Positions 36,393 to 48,200 of a stretch of 64,000 nt of DNA are shown piece by piece. The stretch covers positions 222,766,001 through 222,830,000 of the forward strand of contig OZ024742.1 of the NCBI GenBank assembly GCA_964016885.1. Reading direction: 5' to 3'. The position numbers and the translations under genes were made by a program. How positions within the stretch are numbered: position 1 is the stretch's first letter; each line of letters opens with the position of its first letter. The notes beneath the pieces were generated by a model. The model ran no database searches. It saw only the letters and a list, made by a program, of their open reading frames with translations, and was not told where the DNA came from. The stretch comes from Eledone cirrhosa (Eukaryota).

Positions 36393-36581
36393 TACGTATA
36401 TATATATAATTGAATATAAAAGAAAAACGAACACAGATATATACATATATGTGTTCAAATCGTAAGGGACCAGATTCGCTAAGGTGAAAAGAATACTAAC
36501 TATAGACAATAGGGTTTGCCAGACTCAATTTAAGAATAAATCAAGAAAATAAATACAAACCGGAATTGTGGTAACTACCAA

Positions 36582-36661
36582 TCACCCAGGCAGCTTTGGT
36601 AATGCTGTTTCGCAAAATTAATTGTGAAGAGGAATACCAATTCTTGCTCATCAGTGGGTGA
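36582..36661 (-). ncRNA. Type I hammerhead ribozyme fold with a non-canonical C at core position 16.1
   Basis: Minus strand reads tcaccca CTGATGA gcaagaatt...aattttgc GAAA cagc attaccaaa gctg C C tgggtga. Stem I is 7 bp, stem II is long, stem III is 4 bp, and the cleavage triplet is GCC. Confidence 0.75.
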
Positions 36662-37571
36662 AGAATTAGTATCCTGGACACTTCTAAGTATATTAAAAAA
36701 CTGAATAGCGTGCGTATATATAATAACGCACATGGTATCTGAACTTAGCGTGTCTCACAAACTCACACCACTAAAAATAGTAGTCAGGTTTACTCGACAT
36801 TTGAATTAGCTCAACAAATTAACGGAGACTATTTTGAGTTTCTAACTCAATATATACCTTTAATATATACATATATATATATCATCATCATCATCATTTT
36901 ACGTCCGCTTTTCCCTGCTTGCAAGGGTGGGACGGGTCTTATTCAGCACAGCATCTCTCCACTCGTCACGTATATATATATACACCAGACCCATGCTAGC
37001 GTGGAAAATGGACGTTAAACGATGATGATGATGATGATATATAAAGTTTAATATAGAAATTGAAAAGAAATCACCGGGATTTCTTTTGAATGAAGCAGTT
37101 CTAGTCCTGTAGAAGCCATTTCTAATTAAACTTGATGTTTACACTCTACTAAGGTATTGAGTACCTTACGAACTGTCGTTACCCTGATTGAACCTGGGAC
37201 TCTCTCTCTCTCTCACACACGCATGCATAAAATAAACAGAAACAACAAAGCAAACATTACAGTACAATGAAAAAATATATCAGTTTAATGCCTGATATAG
37301 TAAGAAAAGAGTCTTCATGTTTCTGATACTAGTCCTTCATGAGAAATAGAAGAAAGATAGAAAGAAGGAGGATTGGAAAAAGAATTCGAGAGAAAAAGCA
37401 TGTGTGTTCAGTCAGTCATTTGGGATATATATATATGTATATATGATGATGATATATATATAAATATATATATGAGATTTGAACAGAATTTTTATTAGTA
37501 TGGTGTAAAAAAAAAATCACTTAAGAAAGATTTTCTAATTTTTTTGTTGTTTGTTTGTTTGTTTTTCACAG

Positions 37572-37709
37572 GGCATTGTTGTTGATGTGCCATTTGCCCC
37601 GTTCTTCCTGACACAAATTCTTGGCCATCAACAGAGTTCTACCTACAGTTCCCTCGATGAATTACCATCCTTGGACCCAGAACTAGCCAAAAGTCTCTCA
37701 TATCTCAAG
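37572..37709 (+). CDS. UBE3B: UBE3B exon 20, HECT ([46 protein letters not shown])
   Basis: tttcacag|ggc ... aag|gtttgc; 138 nt; GIVVDVPFA and DELPSLD motifs. Confidence 0.96.
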
Positions 37710-37766
37710 GTTTGCATTTAGTGCTACGTTTATTTATTCTGTTACTCTTTTATTGGGTCAGTACCT

Positions 37767-38190
37767 TAACTCTTGATGTCCTGTACTTCATAAAACCATA
37801 TTATCAAGACATTCTTAAAAAATTACAAAACAGCACAATGATTATTATCACATTAAAAATTAAAGTCTTTAGTTTAACCCTTTAGCATTTAGATTACTCT
37901 ATATTTACTATTCTATTTTCACAGTAAACACTTTATTTCACGTAATTGTTTCACATAATATCGAAGATATGAGATCTTAATATTATTTATTTTGAGAACA
38001 ATACCATAACATAAGTATGAGCAGCTGGTTATGGTTGGTTTTGAACTGAAAGAGGTGAGAGAATTCTGGCCGATTAATACTGCAAATTTTTCACTATGAT
38101 TTGTGCATTAGTGAAGATACTATAGATATTTGAATTAGTATACCATTTCTTTTTAGCATTTACTGCTAAATTGTTACATGGTGTTAAGAA
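37767..38190. mobile_element. MITE family 3 interrupted by a family 1 MITE (about 37874-38075)
   Basis: ttaactcttgatgtcctgtac start resembles 4539; nested ttaaccctttagcatt at 37874. Confidence 0.65.
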
Positions 38191-39018
38191 ATAAAAGAAT
38201 TTTGTTGATTATATCAACCCCAGTAATTTTTTAAAGTCTGGTTCTTATTTTATCGCCTTCTTTTTATTGAACTGCTAAGATATTGAGCATACACACAAAC
38301 ACACTCATGACAGGCTCATAGAATTTCCATTTACCAATTTTGCATTGGTCAACCCGATTCTATAGTAGAAGACACGCCTTAGGTGCCACACTGGGATTGA
38401 ATCTGAAACTATGTGGTTGTGGAGTGAACTCCTTAACCACATAGCCATGTTGGACATTTAAAGGGTTTCTATCTCAATTCTGTCATCATCAATCTCAAAT
38501 TTGTGATAATCAACTTTAATTTCATCATTGCCAATCTCAATTTTGACATCTTCAACTTCAATTTCGTCATTATCAATTATTAATTTCATCCTCACAGTAA
38601 GATGGAGCGAATTTTTTTATTATGCAGAGCAAGGCATTAACATCAGTGATATTTGTTGAAGAATTGTAAAAGAAAGTAAACATTTAGAAGTTTTGTGTAA
38701 AAAAAATTACATTACCTTAAATGTATCTTTAAAACTACATATCATACTATAAACGACACAACAAAAACAAATAACATCAACTTTATATTCATTATTCACA
38801 GTTCTTAATTCTCTTAGTATATTCCTAAAAATTTCAGCACAATCATCATCATTAATCAAAGTGTTTGGATCAAATCATTTGCATTAAATAGAGGTGGAAA
38901 CCCTGTTTATGATTTCCTTTTTTCATCATCATCACCACTGTCACCACTATCATTGTCACCATCCTCACCATCCACACCATCAACTCCATTCTAATACTGA
39001 CCTTTTTCTCCTTTTCAG

Positions 39019-39143
39019 CACTATGAGGGTGATGTCAGTGAATTAGATCTAACATTTTCCTGCGATGAAGACTGCATGGGTCGGCTTGAGACTCATGAAT
39101 TGGTACCTGGAGGAAAAGTAATTGGAGTTACAGACGAAAACAA
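39019..39143 (+). CDS. UBE3B: UBE3B exon 21, HECT N-lobe ([41 protein letters not shown]); gene continues past the window
   Basis: cttttcag|cac ... caa|gtaatt; 125 nt, phase 0-2; ELxPGG..VTxENK HECT motif. The catalytic-Cys C-lobe is not in the window. Confidence 0.96.
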
Positions 39144-39249
39144 GTAATTTCTCTTTCATTGTATTATTCACATGTAGAACAGATCTAGCTATCAGCTGGG
39201 TTTATAATGAAAATTGAACTACCACTTGCCTCTGGAATGGGTGCATAAA

Positions 39250-42200
39250 AAGTCTTTCTCTGTCTGGTAGCTATAGTGAAAGTATCTGTATGGTAGATAT
39301 GGATGTACAGAAACTCTTCCTCTGTCTGGTAGCTATAGTGAAAGAAGCTGTATGGTAGACATGGATGTACAGAAACTCTTCTTCTGCCCGGTAGCTATAG
39401 TGAAAGAAGCTGTATGGTAGACATGGATGTACAGGAACTCTTCTGCCCGGTAGCTATAGTGAAAGAAGCTGTATGGTAGACATGGATGTACAGAAACTCT
39501 TCCTCTGTCTGGTAGCTATAGTGAAAGAAGCTGTATGGTAGACATGGATGTACAGAAACTCTTCCTCTGTCTGGTAGCTATAGTGAAAGAAGCTGTATGG
39601 TAGACATGGATGTACAGAAACTCTTCTTCTGCCCGGTAGCTATAGTGAAAGAAGCTGTATGGTAGACATAGATGTACAGAAACTCTTCTTCTGTCTGGTA
39701 GCTATAGTCAAAGAAGCTGTATGGTAGACATGGATGTACAGAAACTCATCCTCTGCCTGGTAGCTATAGTGAAAGAAGCTGTATGGTAGACATAGATGTA
39801 CAGAAACTCTTCTGCCTGGTAGCTATAGTGAAAGAAGCTGTATGGTAGACATGGATGTACAGAAATTCTTCGTCTGCCTGGTAGCTATAGTGAAAGAAGC
39901 TGTATGGTAGACATGGATGTACAGAAACTCTTCTTCTGCCTGGTAGCTATAGTGAAAGAAGCTGTATGGTAGACTTGGATGTACAGAAACTCTTCTTCTG
40001 CCTGGTAGCTAAATTTAAAGAAGCTGTATGGTAGACATGGATGTACAGAAAGTCTTCCTCTGCCTGGTAGCTATAGTGAAAGAAGCTTTATGGTAGACAT
40101 GGATGTACAGAAACTCTTCCTCTGTCTGGTAGCTATAGTGAAAGAAGCTGTATGGTAGACATGGATGTACAGAAACTCTTCTGCTGCCTGGTGGCTATAG
40201 TGAAAGAAGCTGTATGGTAGACATGGATGTACAGAAACTCTTCTTCTGCCCGGTAGCTATAGTGAAAGAAGCTGTATGGTAGACATGGATGTACAGAAAC
40301 TCTTCCTCTGCCTGGTAACTATAGTGAAAGAAGCTGTATGGTAGACATGGATGTACAGAAACTCTTCTGCTGCCTGGTAGCTATAGTGAAAGAAGCTGTA
40401 TGGTAGACATGGATGTACAGAAACTCTTCCTCTGCCTGGTAACTATAGTGAAAGAAGCTGTATGGTAGACATGGATGTACAGAAACTCTTCCTCTGCCTG
40501 GTAGCTATAGTGAAAGAAGCTGTATGGTAGACATGAATGTACAGAAACTCTTCTTCTGTCTGGTAGCTATAGTGAAAGAAGCTGTATGGTAGATATGGAT
40601 GTACAGAAAGTCTTCCTCTGCCTGGTAGCTATAGTGAAAGAAGCTGTATGGTAGACATGGATGTACAGAAACTCTTCCTCTGTCTGGTAGCTATAGTGAA
40701 AGAAGCTGTAAGGTAGACATGGATGTACAGAAACTCTTCCTCTGCCTGGTAGCTATAGTGAAAGAAGCTGTATGGTAGACATGAACGTACAGAAACTCTT
40801 CTTCTGTCTGGTAGCTATAGTGAAAGAAGCTGTATGGTAGATATGGATGTACAGAAAGTCTTCCTCTGCCTGGTAGCTATAGTGAAAGAAGCTGTATGGT
40901 AGACATGGATGTACAGAAACTCTTCCTCTGTCTGGTAGCTATAGTGAAAGAAGCTGTATGGTAGACATGGATGTACAGAAACTCTTCTTCTGCCTGGTAG
41001 CTATAGTGAAAGAAGCTTTATGGTAGACATGGATGTACAGAAACTCTTCCTCTGCCTGGTAGCTATAGTGAAAGAAGCTGTATGGTAGACATGGATGTAC
41101 AGAAACTCATCCTCTGCCTGGTAGCTATAGTGAAAGAAGCTGTATGGTAGACATGGATGTACAGAAACTCTTCCTCTGCCTGGTAGCTATAGTGAAAGAA
41201 GCTTTATGGTAGACATGGATGTACAGAAACTCTTCCTCTGTCTGGTAGCTATAGTGAAAGAAGCTGTATGGTAGACATGGATGTACAGAAACTCTTCTTC
41301 TGCCTGGTAGCTATAGTGAAAGAAGCTTTATGGTAGACATGGATGTACAGAAACTCTTCCTCTGCCTGGTAGCTATAGTGAAAGAAGCTGTATGGTAGAC
41401 ATGGATGTACAGAAACTCTTCCTCTGTCTGGTAGCTATAGTGAAAGAAGCTGTATGGTAGACATGGATGTACAGAAACTCTTCTTCTGCCTGGTAGCTAT
41501 AGTGAAAGAAGCTTTATGGTAGACATGGATGTACAGAAACTCTTCCTCTGCCTGGTAGCTATAGTGAAAGAAGCTGTATGGTAGACATGGATGTACAGAA
41601 ACTCTTCCTCTGTCTGGTAGCTATAGTGAAAGAAGCTGTATGGTAGACATGGATGTACAGAAACTCTTCCTCTGTCTGGTAGCTATAGTGAAAGAAGCTG
41701 TATGGTAGACATAGATGTACAGAAACTCTTCTTCTGCCTGGTAGCTATAGTGAAAGAAGCTGTATGGTAGACATGGATGTACAGAAATTCTTCGTCTGCC
41801 TGGTAGCTATAGTGAAAGAAGCTGTATGGTAGACATGGATGTACAGAAACTCTTCCTCTGCCTGGTAGCTATAGTGAAAGAAGCTGTATGGTAGACATGG
41901 ATGTACAGAAACTCTTCCTCTGTCTGGTAGCTATAGTGAAAGAAGCTGTATGGTAGACATGGATGTACAGAAACTCTTCCTCTGCCTGGTAGCTATAGTG
42001 AAAGAAGCTTTATGGTAGACATGGATGTACAGAAACTCTTCCTCTGCCTGGTAGCTATAGTGAAAGAAGCTGTATGGTAGACATGGATGTACAGAAACTC
42101 TTCCTCTGCCTGGTAGCTATAGTGAAAGAAGCTGTATGGTAGACATGGATGTACAGAAACTCTTCCTCTGCCTGGTAGCTATAGTGAAAGAAGCTGTATG

Positions 42201-45200
42201 GTAGACATGAATGTACAGAAACTCTTCTTCTGTTTGGTAGCTATAGTGAAAGAAGCTGTATGGTAGACATGGATGTACAGAAAGTCTTCCTCTGCCTGGT
42301 AGCTATAGTGAAAGAAGCTGTATGGTAGACATGGATGTACAGAAACTCTTCCTCTGCCTGGTAGCTATAGTGAAAGAAGCTGTATGGTAGACATGGATGT
42401 ACAGAAACTCTTCCTCTGCCTGGTAGCTATAGTGAAAGAAGCTGTATGGTAGACATGAATGTACAGAAACTCTTCTTCTGTTTGGTAGCTATAGTGAAAG
42501 AAGCTGTATGGTAGACATGGATGTACAGAAAGTCTTCCTCTGCCTGGTAGCTATAGTGAAAGAAGCTGTATGGTAGACATGGATGTACAGAAACTCTTCC
42601 TCTGTCTGGTAGCTATAGTGAAAGAAGCTGTATGGTAGACATGGATGTACAGAAACTCTTCCTCTGCCTGGTAGCTATAGTGAAAGAAGCTGTATGGTAG
42701 ACATGGATGTACAGAAACTCTTCCTCTGCCTGGTAGCTATAGTGAAAGAAGCTGTATGGTAGACATGAATGTACAGAAACTCTTCTTCTGCCCGGTAGCT
42801 ATAGTGAAAGAAGCTGTATGGTAGACATGAATGTACAGAAACTCTTCTTCTGCCCGGTAGCTATAGTGAAAGAAGCTGTATGGTAGACATAGATGTACAG
42901 AAACTCTTCTTCTGCCTGGTAGCTATAGTGAAAGAAGCTGTATGGTAGACATGGATGTACAGAAACTCTTCCTCTGCCTGGTAGCTATAGTGAAAGAAGC
43001 TGTATGGTAGACATGGATGTACAGAAACTCTTCTTCTGTCTGGTAGCTATAGTCAAAGAAGCTGTATGGTAGACATGGATGTACAGAAACTCTTCTGCTG
43101 CCTGGTGGCTATAGTGAAAGAAGCTGTATGGTAGACATGGATGTACAGAAACTCTTCTTCTGCCCGGTAGCTATAGTGAAAGAAGCTGTATGGTAGACAT
43201 GGATGTACAGAAACTCTTCCTCTGCCTGGTAACTATAGTGAAAGAAGCTGTATGGTAGACATGGATGTACAGAAAGTCTTCCTCTGCCTGGTAGCTATAA
43301 TGAAAGAAGCTGTATGGTAGACATGGATGTACAGAAACTCTTCCTCTGTCTGGTAGCTATAGTGAAAGAAGCTGTATGGTAGACATGGATGTACAGAAAC
43401 TCTTCTGCTGCCTGGTAGCTATAGTGAAAGAAGCTGTATGGTAGACATGGATGTACAGAAACTCTTCTTCTGCCCGGTAGCTATAGTGAAAGAAGCTGTA
43501 TGGTAGACATGGATGTACAGAAACTCTTCCTCTGCCTGGTAACTATAGTGAAAGAAGCTGTATGGTAGACATGAATGTACAGAAACTCTTCTTCTGTCTG
43601 GTAGCTATAGTGAAAGAAGCTGTATGGTAGATATGGATGTACAGAAAGTCTTCCTCTGCCTGGTAGCTATAGTGAAAGAAGCTGTATGGTAGACATGGAT
43701 GTACAGAAACTCTTCCTCTGTCTGGTAGCTATAGTGAAAGAAGCTGTAAGGTAGACATGGATGTACAGAAACTCTTCCTCTGCCTGGTAGCTATAGTGAA
43801 AGAAGCTGTATGGTAGACATGAACGTACAGAAACTCTTCTTCTGTCTGGTAGCTATAGTGAAAGAAGCTGTATGGTAGATATGGATGTACAGAAAGTCTT
43901 CCTCTGCCTGGTAGCTATAGTGAAAGAAGCTGTATGGTAGACATGGATGTACAGAAACTCTTCCTCTGTCTGGTAGCTATAGTGAAAGAAGCTGTATGGT
44001 AGACATGGATGTACAGAAACTCTTCTTCTGCCTGGTAGCTATAGTGAAAGAAGCTTTATGGTAGACATGGATGTACAGAAACTCTTCCTCTGCCTGGTAG
44101 CTATAGTGAAAGAAGCTGTATGGTAGACATAGATGTACAGAAACTCTTCTTCTGCCTGGTAGCTATAGTGAAAGAAGCTGTATGGTAGACATAGATGTAC
44201 AGAAACTCTTCTTCTGCCTGGTAGCTATAGTGAAAGAAGCTGTATGGTAGACATGGATGTACAGAAATTCTTCGTCTGCCTGGTAGCTATAGTGAAAGAA
44301 GCTGTATGGTAGACATGGATGTACAGAAAGTCTTCCTCTGCCTGGTAGCTATAGTGAAAGAAGCTGTATGGTAGACATGGATGTACAGAAACTCTTCCTC
44401 TGTCTGGTAGCTATAGTGAAAGAAGCTGTATGGTAGACATGGATGTACAGAAACTCTTCCTCTGCCTGGTAGCTATAGTGAAAGAAGCGTTATGGTAGAC
44501 ATGAATGTACAGAAACTCTTCTTCTGCCCGGTAGCTATAGTGAAAGAAGCTTTATGGTAGACATGGATGTACAGAAACTCTTCCTCTGTCTGGTAGCTAT
44601 AGTGAAAGAAGCTGTATGGTAGACATGGATGTACAGAAACTCTTCTTCTGCCCGGTAGCTATAGTGAAAGAAGCTGTATGGTAGACATGGATGTACAGAA
44701 ACTCTTCCTCTGTCTGGTAGCTATAGTGAAAGAAGCTGTATGGTAGACATGGATGTACAGAAACTCTTCTTCTGCCCGGTAGCTATAGTGAAAGAAGCTG
44801 TATGGTAGACATAGATGTACAGAAACTCTTCTTCTGCCTGGTAGCTATAGTGAAAGAAGCTGTATGGTAGACATGGATGTACAGAAACTCTTCCTCTGCC
44901 TGGTAGCTATAGTGAAAGAAGCTGTATGGTAGACATGGATGTACAGAAACTCTTCTTCTGTCTGGTAGCTATAGTCAAAGAAGCTGTATGGTAGACATGG
45001 ATGTACAGAAACTCATCCTCTGCCTGGTAGCTATAGTGAAAGAAGCTGTATGGTAGACATAGATGTACAGAAACTCTTCTGCCTGGTAGCTATAGTGAAA
45101 GAAGCTGTATGGTAGACATGGATGTACAGAAATTCTTCGTCTGCCTGGTAGCTATAGTGAAAGAAGCTGTATGGTAGACATGGATGTACAGAAATTCTTC

Positions 45201-48200
45201 GTCTGCCTGGTAGCTATAGTGAAAGAAGCTGTATGGTAGATATGGATGTACAGAAAGTCTTCCTCTGCCTGGTAGCTATAGTGAAAGAAGCTGTATGGTA
45301 GACATGGATGTACAGAAACTCTTCCTCTGTCTGGTAGCTATAGTGAAAGAAGCTGTAAGGTAGACATGGATGTACAGAAACTCTTCCTCTGCCTGGTAGC
45401 TATAGTGAAAGAAGCTGTATGGTAGACATGAACGTACAGAAACTCTTCTTCTGTCTGGTAGCTATAGTGAAAGAAGCTGTATGGTAGATATGGATGTACA
45501 GAAAGTCTTCCTCTGCCTGGTAGCTATAGTGAAAGAAGCTGTATGGTAGACATGGATGTACAGAAACTCTTCCTCTGTCTGGTAGCTATAGTGAAAGAAG
45601 CTGTATGGTAGACATGGATGTACAGAAACTCTTCTTCTGCCTGGTAGCTATAGTGAAAGAAGCTTTATGGTAGACATGGATGTACAGAAACTCTTCCTCT
45701 GCCTGGTAGCTATAGTGAAAGAAGCTGTATGGTAGACATGGATGTACAGAAACTCTTCCTCTGCCTGGTAGCTATAGTGAAAGAAGCTGTATGGTAGACA
45801 TGGATGTACAGAAACTCTTCCTCTGCCTGGTAGCTATAGTGAAAGAAGCTTTATGGTAGACATGGATGTACAGAAACTCTTCCTCTGCCTGGTAGCTATA
45901 GTGAAAGAAGCTGTATGGTAGACATGGATGTACAGAAATTCTTCGTCTGCCTGGTAGCTATAGTGAAAGAAGCTGTATGGTAGACATGAATGTACAGAAA
46001 CTCTTCTTCGGTCTGGTAGCTATAGTGAAAGAAGCTGTATGGTAGATATGGATGTACAGAAACTCTTCCTCTGCCTGGTAGCTATAGTGAAAGAAGCTGT
46101 ATGGTAGACATGGATGTACAGAAACTCTTCCTCTGTCTGGTAGCTATAGTGAAAGAAGCTGTATGGTAGACATGGATGTACAGAAACTCTTCCTCTGCCT
46201 GGTAGCTATAGTGAAAGAAGCTTTATGGTAGACATGGATGTACAGAAACTCTTCCTCTGCCTGATAGCTATAGTGAAAGAAGCTGTATGTTAGACATGGA
46301 TGTACAGAAACTCTTCCTCTGCCTGGTAGCTATAGTGAAAGAAGCTGTATGGTAGACATGAATGTACAGAAACTCTTCTTCTGTTTGGTAGCTATAGGGA
46401 AAGAAGCTGTATGGTAGACATGGATGTACAGAAACTCTTCTTCTGTCTGGTAGCTATAGTTAAAGAAGCTGTATGGTAGACATGGATGTACAGAAACTCT
46501 TCCTCTGTCTGGTAGCTATAGTGAAAGAAGCTGTATGGTAGACATGAATGTACAGAAACTCTTCTTCTGTTTGGTAGCTATAGTGAAAGAAGCTATATGG
46601 TAGACATGGATGTACAGAAACTCATCCTCTGCCTGGTAGCTATAGTGAAAGAAGCTTTATGGTAGACATGGATGTACAGAAACTCATCCTCTGTCTGGTA
46701 GCTATAGTGAAAGAAGCTGTATGGTAGACATGGATGTACAGAAACTCTTCCTCTGCCTGGTAGCTATAGTGAAAGAAGCTGTATGGTAGACATGGATGTA
46801 CAGAAACTCTTCTTCTGCCTGGTAGCTATAGTGAAAGAAGCTGTATGGTAGAGATGAATGTACAGAAACTCTTCTTCTGTTTGGTAGCTATAGTGAAAGA
46901 AGCTGTATGGTAGAGATGAATGTACAGAAACTCTTCTTCTGTCTGGTAGCTATAGTGAAAGAAGCTGTATGGTAGACATGGATGTACAGAAATTCTTCGT
47001 CTGCCTGGTAGCTATAGTGAAAGAAGCTGTATGGTAGACATGAATGTACAGAAACTCTTCTTCTGTTTGGTAGCTATAGGGAAAGAAGCTGTATGGTAGA
47101 CATGGATGTACAGAAACTCCTCTTCTGCCTGGTAGCTATAGTGAAAGAAGCTTTATGGTAGACATGGATGTACAGAAACTCTTCCTCTGCCTGGTAGCTA
47201 TAGTGAAAGAAGCTGTATGGTAGACATAGATGTACAGAAACTCTTCTTCTGCCTGGTAGCTATAGTGAAAGAAGCTGTATGGTAGACATGGATGTACAGA
47301 AATTCTTCGTCTGCCTGGTAGCTATAGTGAAAGAAGCTGTATGGTAGACATGGATGTACAGAAACTCTTCCTCTGCCTGGTAGCTATAGTGAAAGAAGCT
47401 GTATGGTAGACATGGATGTACAGAAACTCTTCTGCTGCCTGGTAGCTATAGTGAAAGAAGCTGTATGGTAGACATGGATGTACAGAAACTCTTCCTCTGC
47501 CTGGTAGCTATAGTGAAAGAAGCTTTATGGTAGACATGGATGTACAGAAACTCTTCCTCTGCCTGGTAGCTATAGTGAAAGAAGCTGTATGGTAGACATG
47601 GATGTACAGAAACTCTTCCTCTGCCTGGTAGCTATAGTGAAAGAAGCTGTATGGTAGACATGGATGTACAGAAACTCTTCCTCTGTCTGGTAGCTATAGT
47701 GAAAGAAGCTGTATGGTAGACATGGATGTACAGAAACTCTTCTTCTGCCCGGTAGCTATAGTGAAAGAAGCTGTATGGTAGACATAGATGTACAGAAACT
47801 CTTCTTCTGCCTGGTAGCTATAGTGAAAGAAGCTGTATGGTAGACATGGATGTACAGAAACTCTTCCTCTGCCTGGTAGCTATAGTGAAAGAAGCTGTAT
47901 GGTAGACATGGATGTACAGAAACTCTTCTTCTGTCTGGTAGCTATAGTCAAAGAAGCTGTATGGTAGACATGGATGTACAGAAACTCATCCTCTGCCTGG
48001 TAGCTATAGTGAAAGAAGCTGTATGGTAGACATAGATGTACAGAAACTCTTCTGCCTGGTAGCTATAGTGAAAGAAGCTGTATGGTAGACATGGATGTAC
48101 AGAAATTCTTCGTCTGCCTGGTAGCTATAGTGAAAGAAGCTGTATGGTAGATATGGATGTACAGAAACTCTTCTGCCTGGTAGCTATAGTGAAAGAAGCT

